From the NCBI GenBank assembly GCA_965248755.1, contig OZ252149.1, positions 2,368,001 through 2,432,000 of the forward strand: DNA of 64,000 nucleotides. The letters are read 5' to 3'. Under the pieces are notes generated by a model. It had not been told where the DNA came from, ran no database searches, and saw nothing but the letters and a program-made list of their open reading frames with translations. Positions within the stretch are counted from its first letter, which is position 1. Each line of letters begins with the position of its first letter. Source of the DNA: Candidatus Latescibacterota bacterium. GTDB taxonomy: Bacteria; Latescibacterota; CBDEFO01. Shown here in pieces: positions 30,365-40,697 of this stretch. The position numbers and the translations under genes are program-made.

Positions 30365-31315
30365 ATGTCCCGGGATTCGGAAGGTTTCCATGTACCTGTG
30401 ATGCCCAGAGAGGTCGTAGAGAGGATAGTAACCGACGCAAATGGAGTGTACGTTGACGCTACGGTCGGAGGAGGAGGGCACGCTGAGTCCATCTTGTCCG
30501 GGTTATCAAGGGGACGTCTAATCGGAATAGATCGGGATCCGGAGGCTATTGCAGCTTCCAGGTTAAAGCTTGACAGGTTTGAAAATAGGGTTGTCCTTTT
30601 CCAGACTGAGTTCTGGAATCTATCTAAAGTTCTCAAGTCAAACAGAATTGATGCGATCGATGGCATTCTGTTCGACTTAGGGGTCTCGTCACATCAGATA
30701 GATACTATGGAAAGGGGATTTAGTTATCGAGGTGACGGTCCCTTGAATATGAGGATGAGCCCTAATATCGGGCTAACGGCTGTAGATGTCTTAAACTCCT
30801 TTCGTTTGGAGGATTTAGTTCGCATATTCAGGGAGTACGGCCAGGAGAGATACGCGCGGAAGATCGCTCAGATAGTGTGTAGAGAAAGGAAGTTGAAGCG
30901 CATAGAAAGTACGCCTGATCTGAGGGAAATTGTAAGATCTGTTTTGCCGACTCAAAGGCATGTTCACAAGACGCTTGCGAGGGTGTTCCAAGCTATAAGG
31001 ATAGAGATTAACCAGGAACTTGTGAATCTGGAGAGTTCTCTGAGAACTGCCATAGATCTGCTTAAGACGAAACGCAGGATAGTCGTGATTTCGTATCACT
31101 CTCTGGAGGATAGAATAGTTAAATCACTGTTCAACGAGTACGTTAAGGGTTGTGTATGTCCGCCGGGTGTTCCGGTTTGCGCCTGCGGCCGAAAGAGCAT
31201 ACTTAATCTTGTTGATCGAAAGGCTATTTTCCCTTCGGCCCTTGAAGTGGAGAAAAATCCGAGAGCAAAAAGCGCAAGGTTAAGAGCAGCTGAGAAATTA
31301 AAGATAGACAGCTAA
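30365..31315 (+). CDS. rsmH: 16S rRNA m4C1402 methyltransferase RsmH
   Basis: HVPVM, VDATVGGGGH, DLGVSSHQ, SYHSLEDR, NPRAKSARLR. Confidence 0.96.
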   Translation: MSRDSEGFHVPVMPREVVERIVTDANGVYVDATVGGGGHAESILSGLSRGRLIGIDRDPEAIAASRLKLDRFENRVVLFQTEFWNLSKVLKSNRIDAIDGILFDLGVSSHQIDTMERGFSYRGDGPLNMRMSPNIGLTAVDVLNSFRLEDLVRIFREYGQERYARKIAQIVCRERKLKRIESTPDLREIVRSVLPTQRHVHKTLARVFQAIRIEINQELVNLESSLRTAIDLLKTKRRIVVISYHSLEDRIVKSLFNEYVKGCVCPPGVPVCACGRKSILNLVDRKAIFPSALEVEKNPRAKSARLRAAEKLKIDS

Positions 31316-31588
31316 ATCTCTATCCTAGTATGTTCAGAAGTAAAGATTAAGCTTGATCTAGTGTCAGTTTGAAGCTAATTCAGTCAAAAGGAGTTGGGTC
31401 GTCATCTCAATACCCATAGTTATCCCAAGGGACTACGAACGTTTTTGCAAATGGTTTCGTGCTTTTTATGTTTTTTAGGGAGCTTTTAAAGATTTGCCGA
31501 ATTAAGTTAACAAGGTTATTGGACTTTACCGAGGCACTTCGGTGAATTATAATCATGAAGTAAGGTCAAGTGTACTGATATTCTACCA

Positions 31589-31909
31589 GTGGCGGAGATA
31601 GGTGGAATGACCCATATAGGAAGAAGACATCGTCGTAGCTTTAGGTACACAAGGAATCTACTCTTCTTGATCGTACTTGTAGGAGGAATGGTAGGTCATA
31701 TTTGGCAGATGTCATCGGTCTCAGAGCTGTCCCAGCAGATTAAGGAGTTGAAGTCGGAAAAGGCGAGAGTAGCGGATAGAAATAGATATCGAAGAGCGGA
31801 ATTTGCAGAGCATACAGACATCAGAAGAATTGTAAAGATAGCCAGAGAAAAACTGGATATGATTTTGCCCCAGGGAACGCCGGTGGAGATCTTTGTGAAG
31901 GATAGATAG
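31589..31909 (+). CDS. ftsL: Cell division protein FtsL
   Basis: Basic N-terminus, single TM, coiled coil, RIVKIAREKLDM; between rsmH and ftsI. Confidence 0.8.
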   Translation: MAEIGGMTHIGRRHRRSFRYTRNLLFLIVLVGGMVGHIWQMSSVSELSQQIKELKSEKARVADRNRYRRAEFAEHTDIRRIVKIAREKLDMILPQGTPVEIFVKDR

Positions 31910-32092
31910 AAGCAAATGTGGCGACTATCCCCAATGAATCGTGGAGTTTCTCAGACAGCGCTCGCCAAAGGGGTGCCATGTTAGGGGCTGAAGGCTGCGC
32001 CCCAACTCGTAGTAGATGGTAGACAGGGCGTACATCCGCCCTGGCCCCGTCCACTTTACGCTGTCTAATGGGAGTCTCCCGCGTTAAATTCT

Positions 32093-33865
32093 ATGAAATA
32101 CAGGGAATACCACGTCAGGCTGAAGCTTATCCTCCTTTTGGGAGGGATTTTCTGGCTGGCGTTGGCCAGCAGACTCTTTTACATACAGGTTTGGAAGAGT
32201 GATTACTATACACAGCGTGCAAGACAACAGCACGAAAGGAGAATTACGATCAATGGTTTGCGAGGTCATATTCTGGACCGAGAGGGCGTCCAGCTTACGG
32301 CAAATCTGAGTTCTTATTCTCTGGCCGCCGATCCGTCAAGGGTTGAAGATAAGGACAAAAGGAAAATAGCTTACAGCATCTGTCGTGTCACAGGGGATGA
32401 ACCGTCGAGTTTTTTGAATCGGCTGTCGACGGAGCAGACTTTCGTTTGGCTGAAGAGAAACATTGACAAGATGTCCACAGATGAGATGGGGTTGGAGAAT
32501 GTTGCTGGTCTATATAAGTTTAAGGAGATGAAGCGGGTCTATCCACGGGGGACTTTAGCAGGACATCTCATAGGACATACTGATATTGATAGTAATGGAA
32601 TAGAGGCCGCAGAGCTAATGTATGAAGATTACCTTGGAGGGACACCGGGATGGATGGCCTTTCAAATAGACGGTCATGGTCAAACGCTACCTTATACGAT
32701 GGAGATTACAGAGCGTCCTCAGAACGGGAAAGATGTAGTGTTGACTATCGATGCAATCTATCAGGCAATAGCAGAGGATGAACTGCAAAGGACCGTGGAG
32801 AAGTACAACGCTAAGAGCGGAACGGTGGTCATTATGGCTCCCAAGACAGGAGAAATCTTAGCTATGGCTAATGTGCCCTTGTACAACCCGAACAGTCCAA
32901 GTTTGGAGTTTGCAAGGAATCGGGCTATTACAGATCTTTATGAACCCGGCTCAACGTTTAAAATAGTCGCCGCCGCGGCGGCTTTGGAAAGAGGAGTAAC
33001 AGGGCCTGAGGAAATGATTTTCTGTGAGAACGGGCAAATGGACATTCCAGGAGGGTTGATGCGCGATTCTCACAAGTATGGGTGGTTAAGCTTCAGGGAG
33101 GTAATAAGCAATTCCAGCAATATAGGGATGATCAAGGTGGCCCAGCAGTTAGGAGACGAATGGCTCTACAAATATGGAGTGATGTTCGGGTTCGGGAATA
33201 GAACAGGGATCGATCTGCCTGGAGAGGCAGGAGGCGTTTTAAGGAGTCCGTCCGAATGGTCTGGAAGGTCGTTGGCGTCTGTGACAATAGGTCAGGAGGT
33301 ATCGGTGACAGTCCTTCAGATGGCTACGGCCTATTCTGCCGTCGCAAACGGGGGATTACTTATGAGGCCATTCGTTCTAAAGTCAGTGGTGGATAGGGAC
33401 AAAAAAGTTATAAAAAAGACTAAGCCTCAAGCTATAAGAAGGATTATGTCCCAAGACAAGGCTCAAACGTTGACAGATCTATTACGAGAATGTGTCTTAA
33501 GAGGAACGGGAATCAAGGCTCAGATTGAAGGAGTAGATATTGCTGGAAAGACCGGGACAGCTCAAAGGCCTTCCGAACACAGACGGGGTTATGCTAAGGA
33601 TGAGTTCATAGCTTCGTTCGTAGGGTTCTTGCCTGCTGATGATCCCGAACTTGTTTGTATCGTGGTAGTTGACAGACCTGAAGGGGCGCACTGGGGTGGA
33701 GAGGTGGGGGCTCCGGCGTTCAAAAGGATTGTGGAACAGATCCTAAATTCGAGTAATCCGCCTGTTGAAATAGTACGGAGGGTGCCTTCCATAAATCCTG
33801 TGGCTGATGGGGAAGTTGAGGAGGATAGTAGACTGTCGGTGTTGACAGTTTACGGCGATAATTAG
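32093..33865 (+). CDS. ftsI: Class B penicillin-binding protein FtsI
   Basis: RGHILDR, EPGSTFK (SxxK), SSN, KTGTAQ. Confidence 0.93.
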   Translation: MKYREYHVRLKLILLLGGIFWLALASRLFYIQVWKSDYYTQRARQQHERRITINGLRGHILDREGVQLTANLSSYSLAADPSRVEDKDKRKIAYSICRVTGDEPSSFLNRLSTEQTFVWLKRNIDKMSTDEMGLENVAGLYKFKEMKRVYPRGTLAGHLIGHTDIDSNGIEAAELMYEDYLGGTPGWMAFQIDGHGQTLPYTMEITERPQNGKDVVLTIDAIYQAIAEDELQRTVEKYNAKSGTVVIMAPKTGEILAMANVPLYNPNSPSLEFARNRAITDLYEPGSTFKIVAAAAALERGVTGPEEMIFCENGQMDIPGGLMRDSHKYGWLSFREVISNSSNIGMIKVAQQLGDEWLYKYGVMFGFGNRTGIDLPGEAGGVLRSPSEWSGRSLASVTIGQEVSVTVLQMATAYSAVANGGLLMRPFVLKSVVDRDKKVIKKTKPQAIRRIMSQDKAQTLTDLLRECVLRGTGIKAQIEGVDIAGKTGTAQRPSEHRRGYAKDEFIASFVGFLPADDPELVCIVVVDRPEGAHWGGEVGAPAFKRIVEQILNSSNPPVEIVRRVPSINPVADGEVEEDSRLSVLTVYGDN

Positions 33866-33870
33866 AGAAG

Positions 33871-35349
33871 ATGAGACTTAAAGATCTCGTTGGACATCTG
33901 CCTCAGGCTCGGATATTGGGCGACGTTGGCCTGGACATATCCGCAATTGAATACGATACGAGGAGAAAGATCTCTCAAGGCACTCTGTTTGTGGCTTTTA
34001 GCGGGGAGAACTTCGACGGTCACGATTTTGTTGAGGATGCGGTAGCGTCCGGGGCTGTGGCTCTAGTGATCCAGAAAGATAGAAAGATCCAAAGGGGCGT
34101 TACGAAAATTGTGGTCGAAGACTCCCGAAGGGCGTTATCTCCTATTTCAAGCAGGTTCTACAACGAACCGTGGAAGAAATTGAGGGTCATAGGCGTCACG
34201 GGCACCAACGGAAAGACCACTGTGTCAATGCTGGTGAAGTCTATAATGGAGGCTGGAGGCTTAAAAACGGGCCTTATAGGGACTGTAAATTACGTCGTTG
34301 GTAATAGGGTAACGGGGGCGTTGACCACCACGCCTGAGTCTTTGGATCTTCAAAGGATGTTGGGACAGATGGTCGAAAGCAGACAGAGGGCTGTTTCGTT
34401 GGAGGTGTCGTCGCACGGGCTGGCTTTAGGCAAAACAGAAGGTGTGGGGTTTGACACAGCGATCTTTACGAATTTCAGCAGGGATCATCTGGATTTTCAC
34501 AAGAGCTTTGAGGACTATTTCGAGGCTAAGGTCTCACTGTTTGAAAGCTTGGGGAGATATAAAGAGGGCAGGGCTGTGATAAATATGGACGATCCGATGG
34601 GAGAAACGATTTTAGATCGTATTGATGTTCCGGCTATTACTTACGGTCTCTCAAAGAAGACACAAGTGTGGGGGCAGAATGTCAGGATGGACTCTCGGGG
34701 CATCGAACTTGGAGTTTGTACTCCTATCGGACCAGTGGATCTCAGGATGAAGTTGAGGAGCAGATTCAACGTGATGAATACGCTTGCGGCTATAGGGGCT
34801 GGAATATCCGAAGAGCTCGATATGGGGCAGATAAAAGCCGGTTTGGAGTCAATAGAGGGTATTCCGGGAAGGTTTGAAGCTGTAGATTGCGGTCAGGATT
34901 TCACGGTCATCGTGGACTATGCACATACGCCTGACGCTCTGGAAAACGTTCTCAAGGCTGCAAGGAAAATCACATCGGGCAGGCTTATATCCCTGTTCGG
35001 GTGTGGGGGAGACAGGGACAAGGGCAAGCGTCCCCAGATGGCTCGTATCTCCACTACGATATGCGACGTGACTTACATTACATCTGACAACCCGAGGACG
35101 GAGGATCCGGAGGTCATAATTGGGGATGTTATTGCGGGGGTGAGGCCGAACGGCGTTTATAAGACCATAACTGATAGGAGAGAAGCCATAGAGGAGATGT
35201 TGAGAAAGGCAGAAAGTGGGGATGTAGTGGTTATCGCGGGGAAAGGGCACGAAAATTATCAGATAATAGGAACAAAAAGGATGCACTTTGACGACAGGAA
35301 GGTTATAAGGGAAATATTGAGTAAGTGGACAGTAGATAGTAGACAATAG
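33871..35349 (+). CDS. murE: UDP-MurNAc-tripeptide synthetase MurE (meso-DAP type)
   Basis: GTNGKTT, DYAHTPD, DNPR, AGKGHE. Confidence 0.96.
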   Translation: MRLKDLVGHLPQARILGDVGLDISAIEYDTRRKISQGTLFVAFSGENFDGHDFVEDAVASGAVALVIQKDRKIQRGVTKIVVEDSRRALSPISSRFYNEPWKKLRVIGVTGTNGKTTVSMLVKSIMEAGGLKTGLIGTVNYVVGNRVTGALTTTPESLDLQRMLGQMVESRQRAVSLEVSSHGLALGKTEGVGFDTAIFTNFSRDHLDFHKSFEDYFEAKVSLFESLGRYKEGRAVINMDDPMGETILDRIDVPAITYGLSKKTQVWGQNVRMDSRGIELGVCTPIGPVDLRMKLRSRFNVMNTLAAIGAGISEELDMGQIKAGLESIEGIPGRFEAVDCGQDFTVIVDYAHTPDALENVLKAARKITSGRLISLFGCGGDRDKGKRPQMARISTTICDVTYITSDNPRTEDPEVIIGDVIAGVRPNGVYKTITDRREAIEEMLRKAESGDVVVIAGKGHENYQIIGTKRMHFDDRKVIREILSKWTVDSRQ

Positions 35350-35358
35350 GCAGTTGAA
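35324..35358 (+). repeat. Degenerate heptamer tandem repeat across the murE stop
   Basis: AGTGGAC AGTAGAT AGTAGAC AATAGGC AGTTGAA; complementary CTATCTACT about 20 nt downstream. Confidence 0.55.
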
Positions 35359-35718
35359 AACATCCCCACGAGCTATCTACTACTTACCATAGATTTAAGG
35401 GCGGTACTGTCCCACCCTTACGAACTCAGGAAACTTGATGGGATTACCAAATCTTGCTGCTTTGAGAGCTAAAGCTTGACCTTGCGCTTGAATGAGTGAA
35501 AAGGGGAGTCCTTGAGGGAGGGATTCTAAGAAAGATGATCAGTCAGTGCCAATGGTGCAATGCAGTAGCAAGAGAGGGCAAATGGGAGTCATATCCCCAT
35601 AAGATTGATCCTGATAATCCCTATTACTAGGGCCATAAGATCGACGCGAAAAGCGTGACTCGGTCAATTTGCGATGTTTGCAAGGACATTATTACCACGT
35701 TTAAGATCAACTCTAGAG

Positions 35719-37113
35719 ATGTTAGAGATAAGCTTAGAGGACATCTGTAAGGAAGTAGATGGCGAAACGGCAGAGGGAGTGGATGTATCTTTTTTAAGAA
35801 AGATACCCAAGGGCGTCTCGATAGATTCCCGGACTTCAAAGGAAGGGGAGGTTTTCTTCGCTATCAAGGGGAATAGGTTCGACGGGCACGACTTTATCGC
35901 TGATGCTTTCAAAAAGGACGCCTGTGGAGTCGTGGCTTCTCGGTCCTGGGTGGACGCTAATCGTTCAAAGATAGGCGATAGGTTCATAATCGGGGTTGCA
36001 GATACAATCTCAGCTTTGGGGTTGTTGGGAAGGAGCTATCGAAAGCGATTTTCGATCCCCACGGTAGCCGTGACGGGGACCGCTGGCAAGACAACCACGA
36101 AGGAAATGACGGCCGATGTCCTATCGTCGAAATACAGGGTTTTAAAAACACAGGGGAATTTGAACACAAAAATCGGTTTGCCTCTTACTATCTTCAATCT
36201 TTTGGATGAGCACGAAGTTGCTATTTTGGAGTTAGGTGCAACTGAGCCCGGCGGGATAACTAATCTCTGCCGAATAGCTGATCCGAACATAGGAATGATA
36301 ACAAACGTAGGGCCAGCTCATCTGGAGTTCTTCGGATCGCTGGAGAATGTCGCAGCCACTAAAGGGGAACTTTTAGAATATCTGGACAAATCGTCAACTA
36401 CTATCTTGAACTTCGATGATGATATTTTGGACAAGGAGAGAGATACGATAAAGGGGAGACTCCTTGGTTTCAGCATCGAAAGGGAAAGCCACTTTCGATG
36501 CAGAGAACTCAGATTTGACCGGAACGGGTGCGCGCAATTTTCACTTCTGGGAACACAGATTCAGTTGGCCCTGCCTGGAAAACACAGTGTCTATAACGCC
36601 CTGGGTGCCGCCGCTGTGGGAGACTATTTCGGGCTCGATATGGGGACTATTAAGATGGCTCTGGAGAATTTTCGCCCTTCACCTATGAGGATGAAACTGA
36701 TACATAAGAAGGGCGTGAAAGTCATTGACGATGCCTACAACTCCAATCCTCTCTCGTGCAAGGCGGCACTGGATACACTCTCCCGGATGGAAGTTGGTGT
36801 GGGAGGGCAAAGGATAGCTGTTTTGGGGGACATGTTGGAGATGGGGGAAAGGGGGCCAGACCTTCACAGGGAAGTGGGCAGGTACGCCGGGCTGTCCAAA
36901 GTAGATCGTCTTTTGGCGTTCGGACCTCTTTCTCTGGAGATCTGCATCGGAACTCTGGGGGAAGGGATGAGCAAGGAGAATGTCCAGCATTTTGAGGTTA
37001 AAGAGGCCTTAAGCTTGTATCTAAAGAACATCCTTAAAAAAGGAGATGTCGTTTTGATAAAGGGATCAAGAGGAATGAAGATGGAAGAGATTGTGAAGGA
37101 ACTGGATCTTTAG
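35719..37113 (+). CDS. murF: UDP-MurNAc-pentapeptide synthetase MurF
   Basis: SIDSR, TGTAGKTTTK, DDAYNSNP, LGDMLEMG, KGSRGM. Confidence 0.95.
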   Translation: MLEISLEDICKEVDGETAEGVDVSFLRKIPKGVSIDSRTSKEGEVFFAIKGNRFDGHDFIADAFKKDACGVVASRSWVDANRSKIGDRFIIGVADTISALGLLGRSYRKRFSIPTVAVTGTAGKTTTKEMTADVLSSKYRVLKTQGNLNTKIGLPLTIFNLLDEHEVAILELGATEPGGITNLCRIADPNIGMITNVGPAHLEFFGSLENVAATKGELLEYLDKSSTTILNFDDDILDKERDTIKGRLLGFSIERESHFRCRELRFDRNGCAQFSLLGTQIQLALPGKHSVYNALGAAAVGDYFGLDMGTIKMALENFRPSPMRMKLIHKKGVKVIDDAYNSNPLSCKAALDTLSRMEVGVGGQRIAVLGDMLEMGERGPDLHREVGRYAGLSKVDRLLAFGPLSLEICIGTLGEGMSKENVQHFEVKEALSLYLKNILKKGDVVLIKGSRGMKMEEIVKELDL

Positions 37114-37131
37114 TTTTTCGAAGGAGGAAGG

Positions 37132-38253
37132 TTGTTCTATCATCTGTTTTATCCCTTAAGAGATACTTTACCGGGATTCGGGATATTTAGGTTTATTAGC
37201 TTCAGGGCGGCCGGAGCGACGATAACTGCTCTTTTGATCAGTCTTGTTGTAGCTCCTTATGTCATAAGAAAGTTAAAGAGCTTTAAAGTGCAGCCGAAAG
37301 TAAGGGAAGATGGTCCTCCCGGGCACCTTGCTAAAGAGGGGACTCCTACGATGGGCGGGATAATTATCCTTTTGGCGATAACTATATCCACGCTCCTTTG
37401 GGCACGTTTGAATAACACCTATATCCTCATAGTTCTTTTCTCTACCCTGTGGCTCGGTGCAATCGGCTTTATTGACGATTATCTGGGGGCGGTAAAGAAG
37501 GTTCCTAAGGGCTTGATCGGAAGATATAAACTGGCAGGTCAGATGATTTTAGGCTTATCGATAGGGGTATTTCTATATGCGGTGTCCCTTTCCCCCGAAG
37601 AAGCAAGACTGGCGACTACAACTGAGCTCCCCTTCTTCAAAAATCATATCATAAACTTCGACTTTGAACTTTTTGGCCTCTCCTTCGGGTGGATATACAT
37701 TTTGTTTGTAGCTTTGGTGATCACAGGGACCTCCAACGCTGTGAATTTGACAGACGGACTGGATGGCCTTGCTGCAGGGCTTGTGGGGATAGCGTTCAGT
37801 GCCTTTGCGGTTATAGGATACATAGCAGGACGCGTTGATTTTACAGGATATTTGAATATATTATACCTTCCGGGCAGCGGAGAGTTGAGCGTATTCTGTC
37901 TGAGCGCAGTGGGAGGAGCCTTGGGTTTTTTGTGGTATAATTCTCCGCCTGCCAAGATCTGGATGGGGGATACGGGGGCTCTATCTTTGGGAGGTTCCTT
38001 GGGGACAGTGGCTATCTTGATAAAAAAGGAGCTCCTTTTACCTGTGATAGGGGGTATTTTTGTGGCGGAGGTGGTGTCAGTCATGCTTCAGGTGATTTCG
38101 TTCAAAAGGCGAGGCAAGCGCGTCTTTCTTATGGCTCCGATACATCATCACTTCGAATTAAAAGGCTGGACTGAGTCTCAGGTCATCGTCAGATTTTGGA
38201 TAATAGGCATCCTTCTTGCGCTGGTGGGTTTGAGCACCTTGAAGATACGATAA
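37132..38253 (+). CDS. mraY: Phospho-MurNAc-pentapeptide transferase MraY
   Basis: GTPTMGG, IDDY, NAVNLTDGLDG, MGDTG, APIHHHFE. Confidence 0.97.
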   Translation: MFYHLFYPLRDTLPGFGIFRFISFRAAGATITALLISLVVAPYVIRKLKSFKVQPKVREDGPPGHLAKEGTPTMGGIIILLAITISTLLWARLNNTYILIVLFSTLWLGAIGFIDDYLGAVKKVPKGLIGRYKLAGQMILGLSIGVFLYAVSLSPEEARLATTTELPFFKNHIINFDFELFGLSFGWIYILFVALVITGTSNAVNLTDGLDGLAAGLVGIAFSAFAVIGYIAGRVDFTGYLNILYLPGSGELSVFCLSAVGGALGFLWYNSPPAKIWMGDTGALSLGGSLGTVAILIKKELLLPVIGGIFVAEVVSVMLQVISFKRRGKRVFLMAPIHHHFELKGWTESQVIVRFWIIGILLALVGLSTLKIR

Positions 38254-38267
38254 GAACAGTAGACAGT

Positions 38268-38328
38268 AACCCCCGATAGATTCAATCGGGGGTCGGGGAT
38301 TGCTTGGGCGTTTCGCCCCTCGGAATGA
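38268..38328. repeat. Palindrome CCCCGAT-AGATTCA-ATCGGGG plus half of a REP-like element
   Basis: Same family as 25673-25693 and 25761-25810; followed by GGATTGCTT..CTCGGAATGA. Confidence 0.7.
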
Positions 38329-38389
38329 ATGAAGGTCGAAGCCGAGTAATGTCAATGGAACAGCACGAAGTAATCTTTCAGTTAGGCGG

Positions 38390-39544
38390 ATGGAAAAGGA
38401 AGACAGGACCGACAAACTTTTGATGTCTCTGACGTTGATTTTGGTGGGATTGGGACAGGTGTTTGTCTATAGTTCGAGCGCGGCTCTGGCAATGGAGAGG
38501 TTTGAAAGCAGCAGCTTTTTTCTGGAAAGGCAGGTAATAAGGACAGTAGTCGGGATAGCTTTTCTGTTGATAGTAAGAAGGATAGATTACAGGTTCTGGC
38601 TGAGGAATTCGAAAGTTGGGCTTTCATTTGGATTATTCGCACTTTTCGCGCTCTGTATCCATAAATTTTTTGTGGGAGGGGAGATAAATGGAGCCAGCCG
38701 GTGGGTAAGGGTGTCTTCGTGGGGCTCTTTTCAGCCTTCAGAGTTTATTAAGATCATACTTGTTATATATACAGCAGATGTTCTAGTCCGACGCCGAAGA
38801 TATATGGGGCACTTTTTCAAGGGACTCTTGCCCTATCTTATAGTTCTGACTTTTGCTTTGGGATTGATTGTAATTCAGCCGAATTTGGGGACGGCTGTGG
38901 CTATTGGTATAGTGGTCTCTATTCTACTGTTCGTAGGAGGCGCAAGGCTTTCACATCTGTTGGGTGTGGGGTTGGTGATCTTACCTGTTCTGTATCTGCT
39001 GATATATCAGGTAGATTACAGGAGAGACAGGATGCAGGCGTTTTTAAACAGTGCTCAAGATACAAAAGGAGTAAGTTATCAGATTGATCAGTCACTTCTG
39101 GGATTGGGAAGTGGTGGGATATTTGGACAGGGGTTCGGAAATAGCAAGCAGAAGTTGTTGTTTCTGCCGGAGCCGCACACTGATTTTGTGTTTTCTGTCG
39201 TGGGCGAGGAGTTAGGGCTTGTGGGGACAATGTTCGTGTTGTGTTTATTCGGAGTTTTTGTTATAAAAGGCATTCGGATCGCTAGAAACGCTCCGGACCT
39301 TGAGGGATTTCTCCTGGCTGTGGGGATGACAGCTGTAGTAGGGGTGTACGCGGCCATCAATATGGGAGTAGTCACAAATCTTCTTCCTACTACGGGACTG
39401 CCTCTGCCATTCGTCAGCTATGGGGGCTCTTCCTTAATCTCGATGATGATAGGCACAGGGATTCTGCTTAATATATACAGACAGAGCCACAGTGTAGAAG
39501 AGATGCGAATGGATCTTCGAAAGTCCGGTCCAAGATGGTGGTGA
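38390..39544 (+). CDS. ftsW: SEDS peptidoglycan polymerase FtsW
   Basis: GASRW, FQPSEF, LPEPHTDFVF, LPFVSYGGSS. Confidence 0.95.
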   Translation: MEKEDRTDKLLMSLTLILVGLGQVFVYSSSAALAMERFESSSFFLERQVIRTVVGIAFLLIVRRIDYRFWLRNSKVGLSFGLFALFALCIHKFFVGGEINGASRWVRVSSWGSFQPSEFIKIILVIYTADVLVRRRRYMGHFFKGLLPYLIVLTFALGLIVIQPNLGTAVAIGIVVSILLFVGGARLSHLLGVGLVILPVLYLLIYQVDYRRDRMQAFLNSAQDTKGVSYQIDQSLLGLGSGGIFGQGFGNSKQKLLFLPEPHTDFVFSVVGEELGLVGTMFVLCLFGVFVIKGIRIARNAPDLEGFLLAVGMTAVVGVYAAINMGVVTNLLPTTGLPLPFVSYGGSSLISMMIGTGILLNIYRQSHSVEEMRMDLRKSGPRWW

Positions 39545-40665
39545 GGGTCGCTATCGCAGGGGGTGGTACAGGTGGACATGTGTTTCCCGCTATAGCTATC
39601 GCTGATGAGATAAAAAGGAGAGAGCCCGAGACCGAAATTCTATTTGTGGGCACAAAAAGGGGTGTGGAGATGGGGACGGTTCCGCTGGCGGGCTATCGGA
39701 TAGTGACTATATCGGCTATGGGCTTCAGAAGACAGGCTTCTCTTGATACAATCAAGTTCCCGTTCGTAGTCTTTACAGGACTTTTGGAGGCCATAGCGAT
39801 CCTGAGGCGATTCAGGCCATCCTTAGCTGTGGGCACAGGAGGATATGTGAGCGGTCCGGTGATCTTGGCGGCTTATCTCTTGAGACTGCCCTGTGTAATT
39901 CACGAGCAGAATATCTATCCTGGCCTCACAACAAGGCTCCTTTCGAGGATAGCGCGGCAAGTGCATCTTTCGTATCTGAAGTCCGCGGAATATTTCAAGA
40001 GAACGGACAACCTGATTCTAAGTGGAAATCCGACACGGCAGGAATTGAACTCGATAGATAAGAAAGAGGCGAGGAGGATTCTGGGTCTGGATGAGGAGAA
40101 GAGGACGGTCATAGTCTTCGGGGGGAGCCAGGGAGCGCACAGCATCAATATGGCTTTGATAGAGGCTCTAGACGGGCTCTCGGAAGTGGAGGACCTCCAG
40201 ATAATATGGCAGACGGGGAAGAAAGACTACAGCCACGTGAAGAAAGAAGTGACTTCAAGAAAAGTGCCCGTAGTGGTTAGGTACTTTATACACAACATGG
40301 TAGAGGCCTTAGGGGCTGCAGATCTTGCAGTGACTCGCGCAGGTGGGATGACCATAGCAGATCTTAATCGGTGTGGACTACCGGCCATACTTATACCTCT
40401 TCCGTCCGCCGCGGCAAATCATCAGCAGAAGAACGCTGAGTCCATGGTCAGGTTCGGTGCGGCGAGCCTTATCCTGGACGAGGATCTTAGCGGAGAGAGG
40501 CTCGAAAAGGAGATTTTGTATCTCTTGAGCGATAGAAGTTCTTTGGAGGGCATGGAAAAAAAAAGCAAGATGTTGGCAGAGCCGGAGGCGGCACGTAAGA
40601 TCGTGGATTCGATATACGAGGCGGGGTTGATAAAGCAACATGATCACATTCAAACGCAGGATTAA
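39535..40665 (+). CDS. murG: MurG glycosyltransferase
   Basis: GGGTGGHVFP, GGYVS, HEQN, GGSQGA, RAGG, HQQKNA. Confidence 0.96.
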   Translation: MVVRVAIAGGGTGGHVFPAIAIADEIKRREPETEILFVGTKRGVEMGTVPLAGYRIVTISAMGFRRQASLDTIKFPFVVFTGLLEAIAILRRFRPSLAVGTGGYVSGPVILAAYLLRLPCVIHEQNIYPGLTTRLLSRIARQVHLSYLKSAEYFKRTDNLILSGNPTRQELNSIDKKEARRILGLDEEKRTVIVFGGSQGAHSINMALIEALDGLSEVEDLQIIWQTGKKDYSHVKKEVTSRKVPVVVRYFIHNMVEALGAADLAVTRAGGMTIADLNRCGLPAILIPLPSAAANHQQKNAESMVRFGAASLILDEDLSGERLEKEILYLLSDRSSLEGMEKKSKMLAEPEAARKIVDSIYEAGLIKQHDHIQTQD

Positions 40666-40697
40666 GATCTTGCATCAAAAGCGGGGCTTGTAGAGCA

